Of a stretch of 64,000 bases of DNA, positions 13,353 through 25,475 are shown one piece after another; the stretch's first letter is position 1; each line of letters starts with the position of its first letter. The DNA comes from Eledone cirrhosa (Eukaryota). Position numbers and translations under genes: made by a program. The notes beneath the pieces are model-generated. The model was not told where the DNA came from. It did no database searches and was given only the letters and a program-made list of their open reading frames with translations. The stretch is taken from assembly GCA_964016885.1 (NCBI GenBank), contig OZ024745.1:13454001-13518000 (forward strand). The letters are read 5' to 3'.

Positions 13353-15010
13353 TTACCTCTCTGCGTCCCGGGAAACGGGCCGCTCAATTTCCATGCTGGT
13401 TGGGGATGGGTTGTTGGGTGGGGTGGTGGTTTGTGGAAGTGAAGGGGCATCGGTGTGTTGTGGGGTTGGGGTGTTTGTCGTTGAGTGGGTGTCTGGGTGG
13501 GGTGGGGGGGGTGAAATTTTTTAGGAGGACGCGGTTGATTGGTTTGGCGCAGGGGGGGCCCACGTCCTCCGTGAAATTTATTTTCAGTGTTTTGTACAAG
13601 TGCATTGGGACTTTTATCATTTTCAAATGAGGTAGTCCCACAGCAGTTATAAAGTTTGGCCCTTCAGTTTGGACCGAAGGGTTTGCTGAAATTGTTTTCC
13701 GTAATTCTTTGTTGTTTGTGTTCGTGTATGTGTATTGTAAGGTCTTTTTTTGTGTAGCAGTTAGTGTTGTGTGACAGGGATGGGTGGTTTGTGTGTAGTT
13801 TGTGTTCTCTTGGGGGGGGGGGGGTTAAAGTTAACATGTGTGTCTGTGGTGCGTCTCCTCTTCTTTCTTTTTACTTGTTGGAAGGGATCTTTTTCGTCTT
13901 GCGACGAAAGAGGTTCGTCTTCCTTGTTGGGTGGGAGGGGTATGTTTTCTGGTAGTGTTTGCGGTGTGCGTGTTTTTGTATTTGTTTTGGGTGGGGAGGG
14001 ATTGGGTGGGACAGTATTCTGTGTTATTTTTTCACGTGTTTGTTGTTGTTGTTGTTGTGGTGGTGGTGGTGGGGTTGTTGGTTTTTGTTGTTGTTGTGGT
14101 TGTTTTTGTTGTTGTAGTTGGGGTGGTGTTGGTGTTGGTAGCAGTGTTTTTTTCTGTGTGAGCTGGGGACAGGCAGCCCTCAGGTGACCTCTATTGCCAC
14201 AGAGGTAACAGGAGGGACGCCTACCCTCCACAATAATGTTGAGGTGGGTACGGTCATCCAGCATGACGCGCTCAGGGATTTGGGCGATGCGTTCTGGCCT
14301 TATTTGGGTCAGAACTTCGAGGCTCGTTCCACTGAACGCGTCGCCGGATGCCTTCCCTATTGAGATGAGGTTGTCCTCGTCTAAATTGAGGAAACCGGTT
14401 AGTAACCACCAGTAGTTTATGTTTGGGGTGATGGTGGTTATCCATATCCTCTGGGTTTTTTTACCCATGTAGGTGGGGAAGAAGGTGTAGTGTGTGGACC
14501 GAATTGGCGACACAGAGTATTTTTTTGCCGCCAATTCGTCTTTCATCAATATGGATAAACTCCCATAGAGTTTATCCTTTTGTATGAAAGTGATGTCTCT
14601 CATCGCGTCTTTCAAGACTAACTGAATTTCCGCTTGAGATGGTTGCGCTGGTTTCTTTGTTTTATTTAAAATTGTTCGGAATACGACAGTTCGTAATTCC
14701 GTCTGTCTTTTTAGCTCCGGAGGTGAATGTATAGAAAACGAACCGTTTTCGCCAAAAGACACATATTTCTTGGCTTTTTCCAGCATTTCTTTTGCTTTTG
14801 AAATATCTTCCAGCACATAAGCGACTGATAATTTAGCCGTTTGTGCAAAAGATATTTTGTTTTCGTTTTGGATATTAGTATTGTTTTGTTTCTCGTCGTT
14901 TGAGTTGTTTTCATCTTTGTTGTTGTTGCTGTTGTTGTTGTCTTTCTCGTTTCGTGTGTGGATACTTGTGACGTTTGTGTTGTTGTTGTTTTTGTTGTCT
15001 TTATTGTTGC

Positions 15011-15041
<31 letters not shown>

Positions 15042-15230
15042 GTTGTTTTCAAATTCTTGTGTAGTTGTGGCTACATCTAGTGGTCGGTCAACAGGTGAAG
15101 ACAATTCTTCCTCTCTCTGACCTCTGCCTTTGGCATCTGCTGCTGTGACAGTGGCAGGGGGAAGCTGTGAGTATGACTTCCCCTTTCCTTCTTTGATTGA
15201 TGGTGAAGATGCTTCAGCCATTTTTCTCAA
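13353..15230 (-). pseudogene. Tx1 element B ORF1 (CCHC knuckle, Pro/Gln-rich tail), frameshifted in C-terminal part
   Basis: 489-aa ORF with CYLCGNRGHLRAAC; downstream pieces (YKTLKINF..DVG) match the element C ORF1 C-terminus; ends ...RDAER-TAA. Confidence 0.85.
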
Positions 15231-15449
15231 AATAGGGTTTTTCGAAGTTTTTCGAAAGATAAAATGTTAACAATACTATTTCGCCCAAAGGCGCAGAATA
15301 TTTTGAGAGACCGACCAGATCAAAATTTGACCTGGCAGTCCCTCTACAAAATGGTACAAAAATGAAAGTTTACAGTTTACAATTTCCGTATGAATTTAAA
15401 CAAAAACTTACCGAGCGAGCTCAGCACATGTGTCCATCGTAGAGAGATA

Positions 15450-18082
15450 TAAATATAGATAGTGGTGGAGAGACATATAGCGAAAGGAAACGGTGCGAAT
15501 GAAAAATTAACAAATAAAGACAAAAAATATAATAAATAATAAATAAAAATAAAGCATGATCAAAATACAAGAAATGAGAAAATTTTAAAATAAAGGCATG
15601 ATCAAAATAAACTGAAATTAAAAGGGGGGTAAACAGGTGGTGGAAGGGTGTGGGGTGAGTAGGGGTGGTGGCGGGTGGAGTGGGGAGAGGGAGACGGGGT
15701 GTCCGAGCGTGGAGGGCTGAAGGTGGTGTGTGTGGTTAGGTGTGCGTGTGTGTGTGTGTGTGTGTATGTGAAAGTGAGGGTTGGGGGAAGAACGGGGTTG
15801 CATGTTCAGGAAGGTGTGTGTGGGGGGTGTTTTTGTGGGTCGGAGTGTCTGTGCGTGTGTGGATAGGGGGTGGGGGGAGAGGAATCAGGAGGCTGAGGGT
15901 GTAAATATGTGGTGGGAAGCACGTGTGTGTGGTTTAAGCGTGTTGTGGGTGTGGGTGGCGTGTGGATAAAAAAAATTTTGGGGGGTGTGTGTGTGGGTGA
16001 GTTATATAGGTGATGGTGTAAGAGGATGGTTGAAAAGTTGGTAAGTTCCACGGATGTTTGGAGATTTTGGTTAGAAGTCAATATCGCGTGTGGGTAATCC
16101 AAGAAGCGGTGGTCGGAAGAGGAGAGATGTGGGGTGCGCGCGCAACAGGAAGTGGTCAGCAGTGGGAGTGCTGTGGTCAGTTGGTGCTGAGAGAGTGGTC
16201 GGAAGGGCATAGCAGCAGTCGGCGGAATGGTAGGGAGGCGAGGATGGGTAGGTGTGAGAGTTGGAGTGAGGAGGGTGTGTGTGTGTGTGTGTGTGTGTGT
16301 ATTAGTAGGGGTGTTAGTGGGATGAGTGAGTGTGGAGCGGGGAGAGAAGGGTGTGTGTGGTTCTATGGAGGGAGTGTGGTGTACTGGTGTGTGTGTAGTT
16401 TGGTAAAGAGGTGTTAGTGGGTGTTAGTATACGGGAGGTGGGGAGGGGTGGAATGCAGGTGTGAGTGGGGGTTAGTGGGGGTAGGGTGTGTAGAGTTGGT
16501 GGTGTACGAGGGTGTGTGGGTACGTGTGCGTGGGGTTGGAGGGTGTTAGTGATGTTAGTTGCGTGTGGGGTGGGTGGTGTAAGTGGGTGCGTGTGTGCGT
16601 GTGATAAGGAGGGGGAGGAGGAGAAGAGGGGAGGGAAGGGATGTTAGTATGTTAGTTGGGGAAGGGTGGTCAGATGAGGGGTGGAGTGGAGGTGTTAGTA
16701 TTGTTAGTGTGGGGTGGGCGGTGAAAAGGAGGGGTGTGTTAGTGGTGTTAGTGGGGGATAAGTGTGGGGGGAGGGGGCGGGCGAACGCTAAAGGAATAAG
16801 GGTGGGAGTTCAGGCCGGGGGGAGTGTGGGTCTGTAAGATGAAGATAGTGCGTTGTTCGACCGTAAGGCGATGGGCGGGTGTTCCCTGGCACTGGAGTAG
16901 GCCACAGACTGTGAGATGGCGTGCGGAGTGTCCAGGGCCACCAAAGTGGCGGGCGATGGGGGAACTGCCCCCGAGACGAATATCCCGGAGGTGCTCCGTG
17001 ACTCGGTCCGCCAGGCGACGTCCCGTCTGTCCGACATAAGTCGCGCTGCACTCCGTGCAACGAAGTCCGTAGACTAGGTTAGAGGAGGTGCAGCGGAAGG
17101 CATGCCGGACCGAGAGAGGGTGCCGTTGGGACCCTGGAAGGTGGTGGTGTTGGTGATGTGGGGACAGGTGTTGCAGCGGGGCCTAGAACAGGGGAAGGAA
17201 CCGGGGGGGAACCGGAGCGTGGGTTGGGGGGTAGGGAGCTGTGGACGAGGAGGGTGCGGAGATTGCGTGCGCGTTTGAAGGAGGGGAGTGGTGGGGTTGG
17301 GAAGATGTGGGAGGTGGAGGGGTCGGACTGGAGGCGTCGGAAGAGGCGGCGGATGGTGCGGTGGAGGGGTAAGGTGGAGGGGTGGTAGGTGATGGGGAAG
17401 GGGAGACGGTGGGTGGGTCTGCGGTGGCATGGGGTGAGGGTGGTGGAGCGGGGGATAGCACGGGCGCGGGTGAGAGTGGTGTGGACGAGAGAGGGGGGTA
17501 ACCTCTGCGGATGAAATGGCTGACTAGGGAAAGGGCCTGGGACTCGAAGTCAGCATCTCGGCTACAGAGGCGGCGGATCCTGAGAAGTTGGGAGTAGGGA
17601 ATGGAGAGTTTAGTGTGGGTGGGGTGGGAAGAGGTGAAGTCGAGGTAAGAGTGGGAGTCGGTGGGTTTGAAGAAGACGGAGGTGACGAGGGAGTGGTGGG
17701 AGGGGTCGAAGGCGACGGAGATGTCCAAGAAGTGGACGTGGATGGTGGAGATAGAGGTGGTGAAGTGGAGGGAGGGGTGGAAGGAGCAGAAGAAGGAGAG
17801 AAAGGAGTCGAGCTGTACTCGGGTGAGGGTCGTGGCTCCGATACAGTCCTCAATGTAACGACCGTACAGTTCGGGCGTGGGGCCGGTGTACTGGGCAAAG
17901 ATTTGGGCCTCAACATGGCCAACAAAAAGGTTGGCATAGTTCGGGCCCATTCTGTGCCCATGGCTACCCCCGTGACCTGTTGGTAAAACTGACCCGAGAA
18001 GGAGAAACAATTTAGGGTGAGGACCAGCTCGGCGAGGCGAAGGAGGGTGGGGGTGGAGGGAATGAGGGAGGGGCGAAGGTCG
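15450..18082 (-). mobile_element. Penelope-like element (Penelope/Poseidon type), 5'-truncated, with long C-rich 3' region
   Basis: RT: MGPNYANLFVG, YGRYIEDC, FLDISV, SSHPTHTKLSIPYSQLLRIRRLCS; linker PCSRPRCNTCPHI; GIY-YIG read on minus near 17075-16980 (LVYGLRCTECSATYVGQTGRRLADRVTEH). 3' boundary uncertain. Confidence 0.88.
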
Positions 18083-18148
18083 ATATATATATATATAAAA
18101 TAAAATAAAATAAATAAATCAAATGTTTAAAATTTGGCTTCGTTTATT

Positions 18149-18203
18149 ACTGCTATATATATTTCGGTGATAGCCATCTTTGGCTGTGACTTCTTCAGGC
18201 AGT
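18149..18203 (-). ncRNA. Type I hammerhead ribozyme, left-arm copy (first stem II pair mismatched)
   Basis: Minus strand: ACTGC-CTGAAGA-agtcacAGCCAaagaTGGCTatcacc-GAAA-TATATA-TA-GCAGT. Confidence 0.8.
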
Positions 18204-19439
18204 CCGAATTGGTGTGGTAGAGACGAGTACACATGTTGTTGAGGTGTTTAACATTGTCAATACTCTGATATGCCCAGTTCCTTGTTGGGTTGTTATTTCA
18301 CTGAGGAACTGGAATCATATGAATTTAAACAAACGCATTTCAGCGTCAAAGGACATCTTCTCCTCCCATTGGTCAGTTGTGAGAACATTCCTCAGTCAAA
18401 AGTCTATAGAAATTCCTTCTGAGGCGAGGCAATCTGTAGTGGTTGTTCTTGTTATTGTTAAGTACATCTGACCTCTACTCTTATGTTGGTAGTGGTGTTG
18501 GTGTTGGAGTCAGCTCAAAAAAATGATAAAGTGGTAGAAGGAATAAGATAGTAAAGGAACAAAATAAAATAAGATAATCAAATAAAATGTGTGTGTGTTA
18601 TACCCAATCTCAATGTTAGAAAGATTTGTAAGGTCACTCCTCCAATTGGTCTGTTGTGAGAGCATTCCTCAGTCAAAAGTCTATAGAAATTCTTTCTGGG
18701 GTGAGGCTACCTGTAGTGTTTGTTTTAGCTATTGTTAAGTACATCTGACCTCTACCCTTATTTTGGTAGTGGTGTTGGTGCTGTGGTCAGCCTAGGTCTT
18801 GCTGCTGCTGACATTTAGAAGTATCTGTGTGTGTTTCTTCATCCATCCAGCCACCATTTCTCGTGGTGGTGGTGGAGGAGGGCTGTGCCATGCATATGAA
18901 GAAATAGAAGGCAATAAAATGAAGAAAACCGAAAATAAATAATAAATAGAAAATATATGAAAAATTAATGAAAAATAAAAATGAAGATTCAAATAAGATA
19001 AAATGTGTGTGTGCTATAACCAATCTCAAAGTCAGAAAGATGTTGGATAAAGTGGCAGGAGGAACAAGATGGTGGTGTGTGTGTGTGTGAGGGGGGTGGG
19101 GTGCCAAGCATATGAAGAAATAGAAGGCAATAAAGCGAATAAAACAGAAAACAAATGAAAAATAAATGAAAAATAAAATAATGAAGATTCAAGTAAAATA
19201 AAATGTGTGTGTGTTATAAAGATGTTGGCCAAATTAGAAAGGCTGTGTCAGAATCTATCTCTAGGCTATCGTGGTGTCTGCTCAGCCTGGGTGGGTCCCT
19301 ATGGCTTGAGGGGAGTTCCCAACCTATGGTGCTGTTACTGCCCATATAGCTTGAGGGAGGTCCGGCCAAGAGGTGTCTACATGTTCTGGAGAAGTCCCTA
19401 TAGCTTGAGGGGAGTTCACATCTCAGTGTGTTGTTACTG

Positions 19440-21010
19440 TCCATAAAGCTTGAGGAAGGTCCCGGCCCTGAGGTGTCTGCATGTCCCGAAGAAGTCTGTT
19501 CTGAGTTTTATCAGGCGGCTTCCACCTATTAGTCTCTCAAGGGTCTAGTTCAGACATATTTTGCATATGCCAGATCCCCCTTTATCGGGTGGTACTTTCC
19601 TGATTATGGACCAAGCCAGAGAGTACGGGGTCCTGTCCAGCTTAAGCTTCCAGATCAGGTCGGAAAGAGCCATACTTTTCCTTTTGGCCTCCTTATTGAA
19701 GGAATGGCGATGGTTATACCAACGGTCTTTAAAGCTCGTTGATGTGGCTCCTATGTAGAGGTGTTCGGAGTTGGGGATTTTAACCCTACATCCGTATATT
19801 AGGTTCTTCTTAAGGCATTCATTACTAAGGGGACATGATTCGGGGTTTCTGCAGTTGCAGAGGATGGTCGACCTCTGCGTTCCTAGTGTGGCGTTCCCGT
19901 TACGTGTTACATGGTGGTCTTCCCCCGGGTACGGTGGGGGGTCCCCAGGTCTGTTTGAGTTTATTGGGTGGGCACTGGGTCCCCCCTACTCTCCTTCCAC
20001 ATGGTTCTGCAGGGTGCTTATATTGCTATCTTCTGGTTGTGTGTGGTTTTTTAAGCCTACTCCTGTTGATGCTAGCTATGTGTTGGGCCAGATTTCTGGT
20101 GGTGGAATACGAGAGCTTCACAGTGTGTCTGTTGAAGATCTTGTGGTATCTATGGTCCCTCGAGAAGCATTTATCAAGTGCTCCAAAGAATGATCGGGCC
20201 AAGATGTTCTTTAGGGCCGCTGAGTAGGGTGGGTTGTACCACGTGATTTTTCTGCGTCTACTCCTATATGGGTGGGTTGGGGGCGTCGTGAGTTGTTGGA
20301 GAGTTGTTGGGTTGCTGGTGGTTCCCGCATTGTTGCTTCCCCCTTGGGCGCTATGTGTTTTGCTATCTTCACGGCCCGAATCTGTGGGGGTGCTTGTTGC
20401 CCGCGCTGGGAGATCCACTGTGGGGTGGTCCCTCCGTTACCCCCCCCCCCCCCCACCTGTCGTGCGATTGGGGTCGTCGGGCCCGGGGTGGTTAGCATCA
20501 CCCCTGAGACTTCTACTCATATTGGGTTTCTTCTCATGGTTAAGCGTACTCGTCACCATCGCCCGTGTGGTGGTGTCGGGCTCATGGTGCTTATTTGTTT
20601 CTGTTCTGCCTGTATTGTTAGGGTTCGCCCCCTCCCGGGTGTGGGTGTCCGTTGGGCCATCCCCATCCCGGCGCCTCGGACTATATGTTATATTTTGGCC
20701 ATGTGCCGCCTTATTTAGAACTGCGTTGTAATATTCCGCGTTGCTATCGAAGATTTCCTTATTTGCGGACAGGCTGGAGATCCTGTCCGAGACACTCTTC
20801 ACCACGGCTTTGGTTATGGATCTAGGGTGGTTTGACTTCGCGTTCACATACACAAGTTTCTCGTTGGGCTTGTGGTAGGGGTAGTATTGCTCGGTGTTCA
20901 GGTTTAGGGTGGTGTCTAGGAAGTTAACTACCTTTCTATTTGGGTCTAGTTCGATACTGAGCCCCTGGTTCTTAAAGAAATAGCGAATACGCCTCTTCAT
21001 TCCCTCCAAC
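19440..21010 (-). pseudogene. RT thumb plus GIY-YIG endonuclease of the Neptune-like element, 5'-truncated and frameshifted
   Basis: ORFs 20437-21033 and 20026-20418, plus manual translation of 19870-19520. Confidence 0.85.
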
Positions 21011-22611
21011 ATAGTGGTGCTGTGTAACAACACACTGAGATGTGAACTCCCCTCAAACTATAGGGACTTCTCCAGAACATGTAGACACCTCTTGGCCGGA
21101 CCTCCCTCAAGCCATATGGGCAGTAACTACACCAAAGGTTGGGAACTCCCCTCAAGCCATAGGGACCCACCCAGGCTGAGCAGACACCATGATAGCCTAG
21201 AGATTGATTCTGACACAGCCTTTCTAATTTGGCCAACATCTTTATAACACACACACATTTTATTTTACTTGAATCTTCATTTTTTTATTTTTCATTTATT
21301 TTTCATTTGTTTTCTGTTTTCTTCACTTTATTGCCTTCTATTTCTTCATATGCATGCACCCCACCCCACCCCCAACCCCACCACCACCACCACCACCACG
21401 AGAAATGGTGGCAGGATGGATGAAAAAAACACACATATACTTCTTAATGTCAGCAGCAGCAAAACCTTGGCTGACCGCAGCACCAACACCACTACCTAAA
21501 TAAGGGTAGAGGTTAGATGTACTTAACAATAGCAAAAACAAACACTACAGGTAGCCTCACCCCAGAAAGAATTTCTATAGACTTTTGACTGAGAAATGCT
21601 CTCACAACTGACCAATGGGAGGAGTGACCTTGCAAATCTTTCTAACGTTGAGATTGGTTATAACACACACACATTTTATTTGATTAGCTTATTTTGTTTT
21701 ATTCTTTTACCATCTTGTTCCTCCTGCCACTTTATCCAACATCTTTCTGACTTTGAGATTGGTTATAGCACACACACATTTTATCTTATTTGAATCTTCA
21801 TTTTTAATTTTCATTTTTCATTTTTCACTTTTCATTAATTTTTCATTTATTTTCTATTTATTATTTATTTTCGGTTTTCTTCATTTTATTGCCTTCTATT
21901 TCTTCATATGCATGGCACAGCTCCCCCTCCCCCTCGACCACCACCACCACGAGAAATGGTGGCTGGATGGATGAAGAAACACACACAGATACTTCTAAAT
22001 ATCAGCAGAGCAGCAAGACCTAGGCTGACCACAGCACCAACACCACTACCAAAATAAGAGTAGAGGTCAGATGTACTTAACAATAGCTAAAACAAACACT
22101 ACAGGTAGCCTCACCCCAGAAAGAATTTCTATAGACTTTTGACTGAGGAATGCTCTCACAACTTACCAATGGGAGGAGTGACCTTATAAATCTTTCTAAC
22201 ATTGAGATTGGGTATAACACACACACATTTTATTTGATTATCTTATTTTATTTTGTTCCTTTACCATCTTATTCCTTCTACCACTTTATCATTTTTTTTA
22301 GCTGACTCCAACACCAACACCACTATCAACATAAGAGTAGAGGTCAGATGTACTTAACAATAACAAGAACAACCACTACAGATTGCCTCACCTCAGAAGG
22401 AATTTCTATAGACTTTTGACTGAGGAATGTTCTCACAACTGACCAATGGGAGGAGAAGATGTCCTTTGACGCTGAAATGCGTTTGTTTAAATTCATATGA
22501 TTCCAGTTCCTCAGTGAAATAACAACCCAACAAGGAACTGGGCATATCAGAGTATTGACAAAGTTAAACACCTCAACAACATGTGTACTCGTCTCTACCA
22601 CACTAATTCGG

Positions 22612-22666
22612 ACTGCCTGAAGAGGTCACAGCCAAAGATGGCTATCACCGAAATATATATAGCAGT
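22612..22666 (+). ncRNA. Type I hammerhead ribozyme with intact core and palindromic minimal stem III
   Basis: Stem I ACTGC/GCAGT, CTGAAGA, stem II GGT..AGCCA/TGGCT..ACC, GAAA, TATATA, cleavage triplet AUA. Confidence 0.88.
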
Positions 22667-22813
22667 AATAAACGAAGCCAAATTTTAAACATTTGATTTA
22701 TTTATTTTAGTTTGTTTTACATTACTCCGGAGTAACCAAACCAACCTGCGCACTTCGCCGAGTGCTCCAATCTGCATACTGAGGTGTTGGTATACAACCA
22801 ACATATACTCAAA

Positions 22814-22853
<40 letters not shown>

Positions 22854-23452
22854 AAACGGAGTTAAAGACTATGTGTACTTCTATATATATATACTAATAT
22901 ATATATATATATATATATATACTGATATGTATATATAAGTATATATATATATATATATATATATAGTGGGGAGCGCTACATCATCTATATGATGTGGAAA
23001 ATATTCCACCAATATTACCCAAATGATGTTGTCATCACCTTTAAAATCCATCCAGGACTTGGTCCTTATGGTATCCGCCCACTACAAAAATCAAACTCGT
23101 ATTTCATAATAACTATATGACACAACTACTACACCTCAACTGGTACCGCTCTCTTTAATATCTTACCAAAATACACCAAGACTGAAAAAGATCCCATAAT
23201 ATTTAAAAGTTTACTGGACAAATCCCGGATAAACCTCTTACACCCGGATATGTCTCTGAGTATAACAACTCTTTACTAGTGTGGGATACGGTGTCCAAAA
23301 TATGGGTAGGTTGTGAACCCATCATCTGAAAGACTTCTTCATCAGGGGGTGCTGTTAAGTTAGTCATGGCCTGGGCGAACACTGGCCGGAACCTATCAAG
23401 ATTATATATATATATATATATTAAAAAGTAGAGGTGTAACACACGAGTTTTG

Positions 23453-23552
23453 ATATATTAGTAAAAGGAAAAGAAAATGCTGACAGTATACTTATTCCTA
23501 ATTAAACTATTTTTCACTGGGAAAAATTTGTCACCATTTTCTTTTCCTTTTA

Positions 23553-23560
<8 letters not shown>
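23453..23560. repeat. Short fold-back (about 32-bp arms) in (TA)n context
   Basis: TATATTAGTAAAAGGAAAAGAAAATGCTGACA ... TGTCACCATTTTCTTTTCCTTTTACTAATATA, one mismatch. Confidence 0.8.
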
Positions 23561-23612
<52 letters not shown>

Positions 23613-23616
<4 letters not shown>

Positions 23617-23967
23617 CTTGACCGACCAGTCTGTCGGACGTCCATTCAGCGCCGCTGGTCACAGCACGCCGTCCATTCCTCTCTGGATCGTGTTTTCCTC
23701 ATCCATGTATTTCCAATCGTATTCTTAAAATTGTAACTCCACCCTCGTGGAGGCCTTCCGAGTGGTCGTTTCCGCTCGCGCGGGTACCACTCGGCAACTG
23801 CTCGGGTCCACTGATTATCGGCTAACCGGGCGTCGTGTCCAGTCCATCTGAACTTGCTGCGCATATATTCCGTGATGACGTCCCTCACGCCGCACTTCTG
23901 TCTGATGACTTCGCTCCTGATGTGCTCTCTCAACGAGATTCCTAGCATTGATCTCTCCATGGCTCTT

Positions 23968-23970
<3 letters not shown>
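23613..23970 (-). mobile_element. RTE-clade LINE 3' fragment inside (TA)n
   Basis: QRAMERSMLGISLREHIRS...RWTGHDAR...WYPRERKRPLGRPP; TA tracts on both sides. Confidence 0.88.
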
Positions 23971-24002
<32 letters not shown>

Positions 24003-24487
24003 AATATGAATTAGCGAGAATCGTATTTCGACTTTGGAATTAGCGAAAAACAACTTCCAAGATGTGTCGCAAGCACTCAATAATTCTGACGAACCAGAGC
24101 TACAACATACGTTAAAGGCCAAACACACTGAGACGATGGTTAAACCGTCATCCGCGCAGCCATAGAAACGACCAAGTAATTCGGGTCAAACAAATAAAAA
24201 AAATGTGATTGAAAAAATTTACCCGGACCCCTGGAAGGTTGGTAAAATCCAGCATTTGGGTTTCTGCGACTCCTAAATCAAGTACTGTCCGCTTAGACAA
24301 ATAATGTTAGGCTTCTGGTAAGATGATTGAACAAGGAATTCACTTTCTCAATAGGTTTTAGTTCAAGTGCCAGGCGAAGGAATGACGGTTACCGATACCC
24401 ACGTGGGGCTCGACAAGGGAGGCAACCCTTATTTTTGGCGGATGAAATTCAGTATGTGTTTATTATTGCAAAAATGCAAAATATCAC

Positions 24488-24552
<65 letters not shown>

Positions 24553-24555
<3 letters not shown>

Positions 24556-24748
24556 TTAAATAAAAACAAAACAATAACAATAACAAAGAGTGCAGTACGA
24601 ACAGTGTTGGTATTAGGTTCACGCTTGAGAGTGTGGGGGACGACGTTTCGAGCATAAACCCTTCATCAGGAGAAAGGTGGGAAGGAAAAGAGTTCCGAGG
24701 GTGTGAGGAGTGGTGGAAAGAGTTTAAAAAGGAGGGGGATTAAAAGGT
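24553..24748 (-). mobile_element. Penelope pLTR-like fragment with minimal hammerhead motif (about 24640-24675)
   Basis: Minus strand: CTGATGA-A-GGGTttatGCTC-GAAA-CG-TC; stem I poorly paired; flanked by (TA)n. Confidence 0.65.
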
Positions 24749-24793
<45 letters not shown>

Positions 24794-25039
24794 GGGGGGT
24801 GGGGAGAGAGAATTAGATTTCACCTCGGTGGGATTTGATCTCAGAACGTAAAGAGCCGGAACAAATCCAGCAAAGTATTTTGTCGGACTTGCTAAACAAT
24901 CCACAGCTTTTTAATGGTTTTTAATTTAGGTTGAGGTAAAAAGTGTGGCGGGAGGAGGGCGGTTAAGTCGATTAAATCGATTCTAGTACTTGACTGGTAT
25001 TTTGTATCATCAACCTCGGGATCAATCAAATAAAATACC

Positions 25040-25440
25040 ACCTAAGCTATCTTCAATTCGGTATTCATACCAACCCTTACCTATGGTCATGAATCTTGGT
25101 AAAGACCGAAAGAATACGATCACAAGCGGCTGAAATGGTTTTTCCCTGAAGGGTCTTTGGAGTAACATTACTTGATAGAGTGCGTAACTCAGAGATCAGA
25201 GAGTTGCTTCATGTAGAGCCGCTACTTCTCCGAATTGAGAGATCACAGCTCCGATACTATGGACCTTTGGCTAGAATGTCTCAGAAAAGAATCGTTGGAC
25301 AGATTTTACAAGCAAAACCGACCGGTAGGAGACCCAGGGGTAGACCTCGAGCAAGATGGTTGAATAACATCCATGAGCTTGGCTGGTCACACTTGGGGAT
25401 CCAACCGGATCAGTTTGGAGGCGGTTGCTTCTGACAGGAC
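25040..25440 (+). mobile_element. Degenerate RTE/RTE-X LINE 3' fragment
   Basis: RNSEIRELLHVEPLLLRIERSQLRYYG..GRRPRGRPRARW. Confidence 0.8.
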
Positions 25441-25475
25441 CCGCTTTAGCAAATTAATATTTTTACAGTTGATAT

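Larger units (their letters stand above)
10158..15440 (-). mobile_element. L1/Tx1-clade element B: 5' end present, 3' end missing
   Basis: ORF1 from 15230; ORF2 from ATG 13328 (LRVGCLNARGLG APE start) to PPPPF at about 10160, where it stops at (GA)n. Confidence 0.93.
18106..22815 (-). mobile_element. Neptune-type Penelope-like element with long inverted arms (18106-19437 and 21024-22708)
   Basis: Minus-strand core: NFLDTTLNL..PYHKPN..YVNAKSNHP, RKITWYNPPYS, CNCR..CPL..C, LIYGC..YIGATSTSFKDRWYNH; mirror ORFs 18214-18471(+) and 22344-22601(-); (TA)n on both sides. Confidence 0.9.

Noticed and set aside
18214-18471. 85-aa ORF duplicated at 22344-22601
   Set aside because: By-product of the inverted arms; GTG start, antisense to the element, no known motif.
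24080-24190. CTGACGA...GAAAC hammerhead-like boxes
   Set aside because: Stems I and II could not be paired consistently.
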